64,000 bases of DNA from Phaeosaccion multiseriatum. Lineage: Eukaryota; Protista; Ochrophyta, other classes. The notes beneath the pieces were generated by a model. The model did no database searches. It saw nothing but the letters and a program-made list of their open reading frames with translations, and was not told the origin of the DNA. The translations under genes were made by a program, and so were the position numbers. Numbering within the stretch: the first letter of the stretch is position 1; each line of letters opens with the position of its first letter. The stretch is taken from the NCBI GenBank assembly GCA_965112735.1, contig OZ218953.1, forward strand, positions 744,001 to 808,000, given 5' to 3'. Positions 1 to 11,033 of this stretch are shown piece after piece.

Positions 1-5
1 CTCAC

Positions 6-666
6 CTCACTTTCCTCGGGCACCGTCTCGCGGATCGCCGCCAACTGATCTGGAGTAACCCCTCAGCAGTAGAAGAAGCCCTTGGTCATGGTGCCGTGTC
101 CGTGGGAGTAGATGCTGACACCTCTTTCCCCAACCTTGCCCAATGCGACGGTACCCACTGCCTTCTCCACGCGGACCTGATGGCAGTGGATGAGATGCAT
201 GTCAGTAAATGGGATGGATGGCAGTGGATGGGGAGTATTTAGGTATTTAGAGGCGTGTGGGAGGAGCTGTGCGGGAGGCGTCTGACTGACTGACTGACTG
301 ACTGACTGAACGCCCACCCATTCACTCACCCAACCACGCACCCACCATCCACCCACCCATTGACTTACGAACCCCCGACTCACCGTTAGTATTGAGCACG
401 CTGACACTCTTCTCGGTGAGCGGGTGGTGGTCTGTGAGTGAGAGTGAGAGAGAGAGAGCAAGTCAGTGCGAGTATACAATCGTAGACTGTCCGGTGTACT
501 GAAAGAAGCCTCCTTCCTTCCTTCCTTCCTTCCTTGTATAATACAGTTTCAAACTAGAAGCCTGAAAGGAGGAGACAATCTTGCTCTGCAACCACTTCTC
601 CTCAGACTCATGCAAGTGCCCTTGAGCCACGAGCTCTCGAACATGGTCCATGGCTCCAGCAAGCAT
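6..666 (-). CDS. 5' portion of a spliced gene running off the left edge; candidate selenoprotein (in-frame TGA at 65-63)
   Basis: Exon 176-6 is 171 nt with a cag| acceptor and |GTGAG donor. It reads VRVEKAVGTVALGKVGERGVSIYSHGHGTMTKGFFYC*GVTPDQLAAIRETVPEESE with coding-like codons on both sides of the TGA. Upstream exons (~432-385, ~666-560, MLAGAMDHVRELVAQGHLHESEEKWLQ) are uncertain. Family not recognised. Confidence 0.5.
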
Positions 667-860
667 GATGCGAGTGCACTGAAACCGAGGCTACTGCAGC
701 TTCTGCCGTGGCTTGGTGGTGGTGATGGTGGTGGTGCCTGCGAATGTGAACCGGTCCCGACACACAAACGCACACACGCACACACACAGCCACACTTGGA
801 CAAACGTAGCCATGCGAAACTATACGTAACCACACGTACCTGGTGGTTACGTATAGTCGA

Positions 861-1018
861 CCCTTGACAAGGTTCTGAGGCGACCCAGGCCAGAACCTGG
901 AACCTGGATCCAGGTTCAGGGGGACCTCATCATTGCCTTATTACACGGCTTTTCCGGGGAACCTGGAACCTATTACACGCTTTCCCCCAGAACCTGGAAC
1001 TCAGAACCTTGTCAGGGG
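861..1018. mobile_element. MITE-like element, 158 bp, 19-bp terminal inverted repeats
   Basis: Left CCCTTGACAAGGTTCTGAG (861-879) and right CTCAGAACCTTGTCAGGGG (1000-1018), 1 mismatch. TCGA flanks both sides (857-860, 1019-1022). Internal GAACCTGGAAC repeats; no credible ORF. Confidence 0.7.
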
Positions 1019-1160
1019 TCGATCGAAGGGGGGGGGCGGAAAACAAGAAGCGGAAGAGCAAGTAGAGGTCAAGATGATGCCTTGCTTGCCCCCTGCCTGT
1101 ATGCATCACAACATGCATGTGCTAGCGGCGCTAGTTAGAGATCCGGCCGGGGCGGGGGGG

Positions 1161-1221
1161 TAGAAGGGCAAAACACTAACCCCACACAATAATGGTTTAG
1201 TGGGGTAGTGTTGCCCTTCTA
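1161..1221. repeat. Imperfect inverted repeat (hairpin) bounded by TA
   Basis: TAGAAGGGCAAAACACTAACCCCAC ... GTGGGGTAGTGTTGCCCTTCTA: about 22-bp stem with small bulges and a 14-nt loop. Confidence 0.65.
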
Positions 1222-1769
1222 TACTTTGGCATCAAGCGACAGGGAGGTTAAAAGTATCCCCCCCATCACGGCTGGCTGTAGAGTTGGTGGTTGCTTGGTC
1301 AAACCTCACGGCTGGCTGTGACGCGAAAGAACCACTGCGCTTCATCTCTCCACAGAGCACCCCTGTGTCCTCCTTTTGCCCCGATCTCCCCCCCCACCCC
1401 CCCCCCCTTCGTCAGCCGCCGCAGCAGCAGCGCCGGGCGAAGGCCCTTGCTTCCTCAGAGACTTTCCTCTTCTTCCTTCCCCCGCTTCAGTCTGCCAGGG
1501 TGAGGAGCCCGCATGGCCGAAAGCAAAATAAAAAGAAAGGAGATCTCAACTGACAACGACAATCCGGATGCCAACATGCCATCCCTTTTTTTTTTCCTTC
1601 TCCCCGGCTACTAAAGACTAAAGAATTAAAAGAACGAAAGAAAAGGGCGCAGGGCGCAGATAAAAGAAAGAAAGGGGAAGGTCTAACACGCCAATGCCCT
1701 CTCTCGCACCCCAATTTCTTCGGTGACTCCCAATTTTACTTCGTGGCGATGCACTGAAGGCCACATGGC

Positions 1770-4305
1770 ATGCGTATCTTGTCCGAAAGTCGGCGGGCAT
1801 ACGCAGGCGGGAGTATCCTGCTGCTACTGTGCTGGCTTTCCCAGCTGCTCCATGGTGTCGTCGACGCAATCCTCCGTCCCAAGCAGCAGCAGAAGCAGCA
1901 GGATCTCCTTCAGTCGTCATGGGGCATGGAAGAGGAAGAGGATGGGCGTTGCTTGGCCAAGGCAGTTGAATCGACGACCGCGGCAGCAGCAGACCGAGTG
2001 GAAGTACAGCTCTCGATCGACGGGGTTGTGTATGACGTGAGCTGGCCGCACCCCGGTGATGAGGGTGCTGGACAGGAGGAGGGGGGGTCGTCACCCACTG
2101 CAAGACAAGCCGCAGTGGCAGCAGCAGCGCAAGTGTGCGCGGCTGCTGACGTGGATGATGGCGTCTGCAGGACCATCGAGCTCGAGCTGATCCGACGCGC
2201 AGACGCTATAGTACCAGCAGCGGGGATGCATGTATTGCCCCAAGAGCAGCAGCAAGTGCTTGCTCACCCAGACGCCTTTTCTCTGGACGGACTCGGGGAG
2301 GAACCCTCCTGCAGGTTGGGCGACTGGCTGAGCGAGGCCGTAGTGGCGGGGAATGGCCAGTGGGGCCGCTATCGAGTCCACGCAGACGCCTACCCGCTCC
2401 GCCGGCGCTTGCAGTGGTTCAACAACGCCAGTCACTGCCTCTTCTCCCCCCCCGCCGGCCCCGTGCCCGTGTGGCGCCCTCCTGTGTGCGACTCTTTTGC
2501 CGCTGCCAATCGGAATACAAGTGCCGCCGATTGCAGCCAAGCGGGGGGGCTGGAGGCTCTCGCCCAAGTAGTGACGGCCCCATGGACGGCTCGGGGCATC
2601 CACGCAGGAGACATTAATGCTCTGCTCGACAACACGCCCGCCGGGGATGGGCTCATCATTGTGCAAGTCATCGACGGACAGGTAGGTAGGCTTGGGCAAG
2701 TCCCTCGATCTGCACCGAGTTTCGATACAGCTGCCCCTCTCTCTCTCTATCCATCTCTGGTCGTGGCCGAGCGGGGAAGGAAAGCTCTGAGCCAAGTGCC
2801 CTCCCCTTTCGTGCGCGTGCAAGCAGGTGTACGTGTCCGACGCCAAGACGGGGCAAAGTGATGCGGACAAGTGGTGGCGACAGCGGAGGCGAAACGCCTT
2901 CGTCTCTCTGCTGCTCAAAGTCCTAGAGGAGGATGGCAGTCGATGGGAGGGGGAGGGGGCAGCGGGAGCGCACCACGGACCACGGCTGCCCCTGCCCGAT
3001 CTGGAGATTGTCTTTATTCCGCACGACGGGGTGGGGTCGGAGCTGGGAGAGGTCGCAGAGGAGGGAGTCACCGATGGCGATGGAAGCTGTCGCAGGCGCT
3101 CGCTTCTTTCACCAACGTGTGCACCTGCGGCCTCCTGCCGAGGCCTCGCCGATGCCTACCCGGGCTACGGCAGCGCACACACAGGCGACCCTCTGCCCGC
3201 TGCGGGGGGCGTGGGGTGCCTGCACAGCTTCACCCTCCCCGTGCCGGTGTGGGGGGGCAGGACCTTCGTGGAGCAGGTCGATGGGGGTGTTGCAGACGAC
3301 TCGCTGGAGGGTGAGTACGGCAGGAAGCGAAGGGAAAAGGGTAGACGACCGTATGTGTTGCCTGCCTGCCTTTGGCTGCCTGCCTGCAATGTATGCTCTG
3401 CCCAATGGCACCTTCCCCCTCCCTCGTGTGCCGATGATGAATATATGCCCAGGCTGGGAGTCGCTCACGCGTCTGCTGCGTCAGAATAGAGCCCTCCACC
3501 CCTGGGACGGCCGCGTGCCCAAGGCGGTGTTCAGGGGAGAAAGCAAAAGGGGCTGCTGGGAAGGCACACCAGGTATCACCAACTGCTCAGCGGGGCTTCC
3601 ATGTGTTGTAGACGGGCTGGCCGGTCCACTCTTCCGTTGACACCAACGATCGAGCAATCTTAACCCCCTCCTCATCACCAGGGAGCGGTATCACACACCC
3701 TCGAGGCCCAGCCTGCGGCCGGCGAAGACTGCGGCACCTCGGCCTGGGGACCCCCTGGGGCCGGCGCCTGCTGGAAGTGGGCCTCTCTCCGATGCCCATG
3801 CTGGGGCAGGAGCGCTTCAAGCACGCGCTCTACGTGGAGGGCAACCTGGGCTGGGCGGACCGGGCCAAGCTCATGCTCTTCTCGGGCTCGCTGCTGCTCA
3901 TGCAAGAGACCTTCTGCAGGGAGTACTACACCCTGCTCTTGGAGGTAGCGTATCTGGGCTTAGCTCTGTGCCCCTCTCCGTCGCCCTCATCTCTCCGCCC
4001 CCCCCCCCTCCCTCCCTCTCTCCGCCCCCTCCCATCCACGCCAGCCCTGGGTGCACTACATCCCCGTCCACTACACCTTTGACAACCTCCGCGCAGTCCT
4101 GGAGTGGGCCTCCTCTCCCCCCAACTCTGCGCAGGTGCTGCAAATGGTGGCCAACATGAACGCCTTCGCGGACCACGTGCTCTCCATGCAGGGCCTCACT
4201 GCCTATCTGAGAGCGGTGATGGGCCACTACGGTCGAGCCATGGCCTATCCTGTGCACAGGAGGGAGGGAGCCGTCCCCGCCGCAGAGTATCTAAGTGCGC
4301 ACTAG
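1770..4305 (+). CDS. Glycosyltransferase family 90 (CAP10/KDELC/POGLUT-like), about 5 exons
   Basis: N-terminal hydrophobic segment (SILLLLCWLSQLLHGVV). Motifs HPWDGRVPKAVFRG and FKHALYVEGNLGWADRAKLMLFSGSLLLMQET..EYY..LLE|PWVHYIPV. GT-AG introns near 2682-2826, 3311-3452, 3573-3681 and 3945-4044 keep the frame. Confidence 0.85.
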
Positions 4306-4324
4306 CCCTAGCGTCCCAGCAGTA

Positions 4325-5962
4325 GCGGCAGTCCTATGGGCAGCGGTGGTCATGTGGGCAGCAGCAGCAGAGTCATATGGGCAGCGGTAGTCATGTGGGC
4401 AGCAGCAGCAGCAGAGTCATATGGGCATCGGTGGTCATGTGGGCAGCCGCAACAGCAGCAGAGTCAAATGGGCAGCGGCAGTCATATGGGCAGCAGCGCC
4501 AGAGTCATGTGGGCAGTAGCAGTCTTAAGGGCAGCAGCAGCAGAGTCATATGGGCAGCAGCAGCAGAGTCATGTGGGCAGCGGCAACAGCAGCAGAGTCC
4601 TATGGGCAGCGGTACTCATGTGGGCAGCGGCAACAGCAGCAGAGTCATATGGGCAGTAGCAGTCTTAAGGGCAGCTGCAGCAGAGTCATATGGGCAGCCG
4701 CCGTCCTATGGGTAGCAACAGCAGTCGCATGGGCAGCCGCCGTCCTATGGGCAGGCAGCAGCAGAGTCATGTGGGCAGTAGCAGTCTTAAGGGCAGCAGC
4801 AGCAGAGTCATATGGGCAGCGGCAGTCATATGGGCAGCCACAACAGCAGCAGAGTCATATGGGCAGCGGCAGTCATGTGGGCAGCAGCAGGGTCATATGG
4901 GCAGCCGCCGTCCTATGGGTAGCAACAGCAGTCGTATGGGCAGCGGTAATCATGTGGACAGCAGCAGCAGGCTCATATGGGCAGCCGCCGTCCTATGGGC
5001 AGCAACAGCAGAGTCGTATGGGCAGCGGTAATCATGTGGACAGCAGCAGCAGGCTCATATGGGCAGCCGCCGTCCTATGGGCAGCAACAGCAGAGTCGTA
5101 TGGGCAGCAGCAGCAGAGTCATGTGGGCTGCAGCCGTCCTATGGGTAGCAACAGCAGAGTCGTATGGGCAGCGGCAGTCATGTGGGTAGCAACAGCAGAG
5201 TCATACCGGCAGCCCCCGTCCTATGGGCAGGCAGCAGCAAGCGTATGGGCAGCAGCAGCAGAGTCATGTGGGCAGCAGCCGTCCTATGGGTAGCAACAGC
5301 AGAGTCGTATGGGCAGCGGCAGTCATGTGGGTAGCAACAGCAGAGTCATACCTGCAGCCCCCGTCCTATGGGCAGCGGTGGTCACGTAGGCAGCAGCAGC
5401 AGAGTCATGTGGGCAGCAGCCGTCCGATGGGTAGCAACAGCAGTCATATGGGCAGCGGCAGTCATGTGGGTAGCAACAGCAGTCATACGGCCAGCCGCCG
5501 TCCTATGGGCAGGCAGCAGCAATCGTAGGGGCAGCGGCAGTCCTATGGGCAGCAGCAGCAGAGTCATGTGGGCAGCAGCAGCAGAGTCATGTGGGCAGCA
5601 GCCGTCCTATGGGCAGCAACAGTAGAGTCATATGGGCAGCGGCAATCATATGGGCAGCGGCAGCCGTCCTATGGGCAGGTAGTAGCAGCAGAGTCATATG
5701 GGCAGCGGCAGCCGTCCTATGGGCAGGTAGTAGCAGCAGTCGTATGAGCAGCAGCCGTCCTATGGGCAGGCAGCGGCAGCCGTCCTATGGGCAGCAGCAG
5801 CAGAGTCATGTGGGCAGCGGCAGCCGTCCTATGGGCAGGCAGTAACAGCAGAGTCATATGGGCAGCGGCAGCCGTCCTATGGGCAGGCAGCACAGCAGAG
5901 TCATATGGGCAGCGGCAGCCGTCCTATGGGCAGGCAGCACAGCAGAGTCATATGGGCAGCAG
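4325..5962. repeat. Compound minisatellite, about 1.6 kb; core GTC(A/C/G)T(A/G)TGGG(C/T)AGC separated by variable CAG runs
   Basis: Dozens of units of about 18-30 bp. Unit lengths are often not multiples of 3 (e.g. 18 and 26 bp), so translations keep switching among SYGQ, MGSS and VIWA frames. Confidence 0.9.
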
Positions 5963-6378
5963 CGCCTCTCCGACCGCTCCAGACAGGCCTCAGGCTCAGC
6001 GTGCGGCGCCAACTCAACGCTCTCATCCGTGCCCTTCCAAATTGCGGTGGATGCACTGAAGGACGACCTCCGTGCCCTCCGATACAGGGCAGAGGAGGAG
6101 CAAGAGGAAGGGGCAGAGAAGGAGACAGGACACCGACTTGGCGGCACACTGAAGGATGGGGCGACGACTCTTTTGCCGGGCCCAGGGCAGGCCGCAGACA
6201 AGGCCAATGGCATCGGCGCACACACCCACGCACTCTCGACGAGGAAAATATATTGATTTTTTTTGTGTGTGGGGTAAACTGGCAAGGCAAATAAAAAAAA
6301 AACCCAAACTTGGTGGTGCTGCTGCTGCTCCCATGAACATACCCCCTCTTCATAGCTACACTGCTCCTCACCCCTCCC

Positions 6379-9300
6379 CTAGCTAGCAAGCGAGCCCCTG
6401 TTGCTAGTCTTTTTGGTGCCGCCCCTTGCGCCCCCCCCGGCGGCCGCCCGAGCCTCCTTTGCCTTTTTAACGGCGTCCATCTTTGTCTTCATCTCCACCA
6501 AGTTTCGAGTATGTCGCTCCAAGAAGGCTTCATCCGACGTGTCCTCATCACTCGAGTCTCCTCCTCCTTTCTCTGCTGCTCTGCCGTCTTGGCCATCGAT
6601 GCGGAAGAACATGGGCTTGATAATCTCAGGTAAGCCCGGCGCTGCCACAACCCCTCCTGCTGCTCCTCCTGCTGCTGCTGCTGCTGCTCCGTCGTCGGTT
6701 GCTTCTACCGGGCCCAAAGCCGTGTCACCACTGCTGCTGATACTCCCCTCCTCAACCACACCCTTCCCTCCGCCCAATGCAACAAGGGAAGAGGAGGGGG
6801 ACGAAGAAGAAGAAAAAGAAGAGCCCCCGTCGCCACACAGCCCGCCTCTCGTCGTGGCCTGGCTGCAGGAGAAAGACCTTGCTCGAGGCAACCCCCCCCC
6901 TGCGCCACCTCCCGTGATGGACACCAAGGAAGATGCCGAAGCTGCTGTCCTCAGCATGAGCGGAGAGCCGAGGGAAGTCGACGGCCCTTGATTCGCCACG
7001 CCGTGCAAGGACTGGGGGCTGCCGCTCCCGCCCCCCGGCGATGCAACCTTGCTGCTGCTGCTGCTGTGATGGAGGTGGTGCGAGGGCGACTCCCCCTTTG
7101 TACTCCCACTCCCACTGCTGCCCAGACCCGACCCCGTCGTCTCCCCGCCCCTGCCAATCACCACAAACTGCTTGGCAACCGTCTCCCAGGGAATGCGTTG
7201 CGACAACCCTTTTCCATCCTCCACGCCGGAGCGGCCCCAGTCATCCCAGTCCGCCGCCGCCCCTGCCCCGTTCACATGCTCCTCCGGCTTCAGCGAGGGA
7301 CAGCTCGAGCTCCCAAGGGCACCGCCACCACCTCGACTCGGAGTCCCACTCCAGTCCGCGAGCCCACGCACGCACCCCACGGAGCTGCTGCGACGGTCCC
7401 GGGGGGTCCCGACGCGAGGCGTGCTACTCCCCCCCCCGGGGGAGGCGACAGCTGCCATGGAGAGTATACTGCGGGGTGTCCTCGCCCCTCCGACGGTGCC
7501 TGTGCTCTCAACTCGCCGATGCCTGGCACTGGTTTTGGCCGTGCCCATGAGCAGGCTCATTGGAATACCTCGCTCCATTACAGGAACTGCATGCTTGGAA
7601 GGAATCACCCACTCCTTCGCAAAGGTGGAGGCCGGCAATGGAGGGGCGGGAGGTGGCTGTGGTGGCGCCAATGCAGCAGTAGCAGTTGGTGCGCTCTGCA
7701 GGCCAACCTTCGCCTCACTACCACCACCGTTACTGGTACCGCTCGCATCGCCATTGACGACAGCCGGTGGTGGTGCCGCGGAAGGCCGGCCTGGCACGCC
7801 TGGCGCCTTCTTCAGTAACGCTTGCTGCTGCTGCAAAACCTGCTTTTGCAGCTGTACCCAGCCTTTGCCCCCCTTGGCCTTTAAGACCAGCGCCTTCGCC
7901 GTTAGGCCCCGGGTAAAGCCCTTCGTCCGGCCCTGCTGCATGAGCTCCTCCTTTGCGGTGGTGGGATCGAAGCCGTCCTGTTTCGGGGGGGGGGGGGAGA
8001 CGTTCAGACATTTCTTCGGAGAGAAAGAGAAGGGACAGTGACACCACGATACAACCCCCCCCCACACACACACCACATGGGGAGTAAGAGCTGCTGGGAC
8101 ATTCATCCAGATGCGGTGTGGGACACGTATCTACCTGCCCCGACGACGAGAGAGACAAAACGGTAAAAGGGCCAACCCTATTTCTCACCTCTTCCTCCTC
8201 CTCCTTGGTCAGCCCGCTGCCTCTCGGCGAGGCTCTCCCAGCCGACCCAGTCCCTCCCCACCCACCCCTCCCGGGCGACTTTTTCGAGCCCCCTCCACCC
8301 GAAAAGTGCTGCTGCTGCGGGTACCCCATCCCCGGTCCTGGCGACAGTCTACCACCAACCGTACCACCATCTCGGTGCACCTTGAGCGTTAGAAAGCTCT
8401 CCGTTCGAGAGATGCCGGGGGGCAGAGGCACACCGCAGCGTTGGAAGAACTTGCGCAAGTTGGTCTCCTCTGCCACCGCAAGCTTCGCTGTCTCCAAGCT
8501 GAGCCGTTCCAGAGCACTGGTAGATGGGCAGGTAGGTAGGGGTGCAGTGAGGCGACAGAACACAAAGGAAAGGGAGGTCGGGCGGGCCGGCACAGGCAGG
8601 CTCGAGGGAGGCTCAACAGAGGAAAAGCAACAAGACACATTCGTTCTCACGCACCTGCCCTCTTCCCTCCAAGAGAGGAGGCGCCTGTCCTGATCCGGAT
8701 CGAGCCGAAACCTCGACACACGCGAGCGAGGAGCTGCGGCCACGTGTTGCTGTGCAGCCGTGGCCCTGGACGACGACGAGGAGAGGGGCCGGGGACGTGC
8801 CACTACTGCCGACGTTGCGGTATTCTGCGAAGCGGCGGTGCCACAGAACGAGCCCCCCGGGGAAAATAGCGGAGGTTGCTGGGCGGCATGAAGCACACTG
8901 CCTCCTCCTGCCCCTGCTGCTGCTGCTGCTGCTGCTGCTGCTACGGGTGCCGCTAATGGTGCAACCAAGTGCTGCGTGTGCTGAGTGTGAGTGTGAGCGC
9001 CGCCCACGGACGTGTCCATGCTACGAAAGGCCCCTCCTGGCAAGGCCCCAGGTGGGGGGGAGGCGAGGGGGCGTGGCTGCGTCTGGCTCGGTGCGGGCCC
9101 TGAGAGAAGCGACAGTCCACCAGGAGGGGCTTGCCACGCAGGAACAGCAGCTGGGGTAGTTGGTGATACACCAGTTGGTGATACGCCAGCTGCGGTGTTG
9201 CTCGCGGCAGCGCTGCTCGCCGCTCCTGTGGGGGCTGAAGGAAGGGCAGGCGGTGGAGCAGTTGGTGATGGAGCTGCGGTACCTGCAGGCCCTGCTGCTG

Positions 9301-10995
9301 CTTGAGCGCCAACCCCCGAAGCAAACACTCCTCCGTGTTGCTGGGATGCCATCGATACACCACCACCTGCAGGAGCGGCTCCTGCGCCTGGCATCAATGT
9401 CTGGGCTCCTGAGGGAGGGGGATGAAGATGTGAGGGGGCGCTGCTCATCACGCTGCCCTGCATCTGCTGCTGCTGTTGCTGCTGCTGCTGTGCCCGCTGG
9501 TTCTGTGCCTGCTGCTGCAACTGCTGCTGCTGCTGCGGCTGCTGCGTTTGCTGTAGTGAGTTGCCAGTGCCCTGCGCCTGCCCCCCTCCGGGTACCAACA
9601 CAAGCTGCACTTGCTGCTGCCCAGGCGTGCCTGCTGCCCCACCAAAAGGCCCTGCAGCAGTGGCACGCGTGGTGTGGGCGACAGGCGACTTCCCCAGTGG
9701 CGCGCCTGAGGAGGCGAGCTGCTGCCACTGCGGTGCCGCTGCTGGTGCTGCTGGTGCTGCTGCTGCTCCTGCTGTATCACCAACTGCTGGTGCTGGCCCT
9801 GGTGCGAAAGCTCCTCTCGGGGCCTGCCCTGGCGGTGTAGGGTACACGCTGTGGTTGCTGCTGGTCGGAGCGTAAGCCCCCCCTGCCACTCGCGCCCCCC
9901 CCGCCGTCGGAGCCTGAGCCTGTCCCCCCGGAGCCGCCGGGGCATGTGTAATCAAGGTTCTCGTGGCCGTTATAGTTCCCTGCAGGTTATTCCCTCCCCC
10001 CCCGCCTCCTCCTCCTCCTCCTCCTCCTCCTCCTGCTTGTCCGTGGCCCTGCTGCGTGAGCGCCGACATCGGAAACGAAGGCGCAGTAGCAGCGGCAGTC
10101 TTGCCAGAGTCCTTGCAAGAAGAAGAAGAAGAAGAAGAAGAAGTACGCCTCTTCTTCGACCCGCCCCCGCCCAACCCTCTTTGCTCCCCTGCCTTGGCAA
10201 AAGCACTCCCCCCCCCTGCTGCCCTCCCACAATCTCTACACGGGGCGAAGGGCTCGTCTGGTTGGAGTAGAGTCGTTGCCCTGTCCATGATGTGGGCGCA
10301 CAAACAGTTGTAGATATCGCCCTCCTGCTGCTTGGTCGAGGAGGGGACGGGGGGGTGCAGTGTCTCCGGACCTCCGCCCTGCAGGGAATCGGTGCAGTCT
10401 GTGCGGACTGCGGCAACGGAGTCGTACACGAAACACACACACACACACACAACGATACGTTAGAGCAAAGAGACGTCGACTCAGCGACAGATGGCTCTCA
10501 CTGACTTACCAAGCCCCACAGCCTGAAGCACGTCGATAACCAGCCTGAGCTCCAGCGTATTAACGGTTTCCTTGATGCGGTGCTGACTCACAAGGGGGGG
10601 CTTGCCTCGACTTCCCCCCTTCTTCCTGCCGCTGCTGCTGTCGCTGCTGCTTCTGGTGGAGTGCTTGGGTCCGTTTGGCGTTGCGAGCCGCGTGCCTCCC
10701 GCTGCTACTCCTACTATTGCTGTATCCCCAGCTGCTGAGGCTGCTGCGACCTCCGATTCAACCTTCGGATGGGCGTCTGCGTCCGTCAATCTCGTCGTTG
10801 TCCCTCCCTCTTGCTCGCTCCCCCCCCCCCCAACGTCCATTGCATCAACCCGTACCGCCGCCACAGTTGGGAATCCCCCTCCTCCTCCTCCTCCTCCTCC
10901 TGCTGCTGCTGCTGCTACCCGTGCCCCTTTAACCCCCGCCGTCGCTTGCTTTGCTTCCGCCACACCCGCAGGCACAGCAGCCTGCGGCACCCCCA

Positions 10996-11033
<38 letters not shown>

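Noticed and set aside
3573-3587. Resemblance of TATCACC to the phage lambda operator half-site
   Set aside because: Only 7 bp, with no operator symmetry and no phage context; treated as coincidence.
4325-5962. FET-like (FUS/EWS/TAF15) SYGQ prion-like protein, or a CRISPR-like array
   Set aside because: Unit lengths break the frame repeatedly and no RRM or zinc finger follows. The 'spacers' are CAG-run variants rather than unique sequences, there are no cas genes, and the context is eukaryotic.
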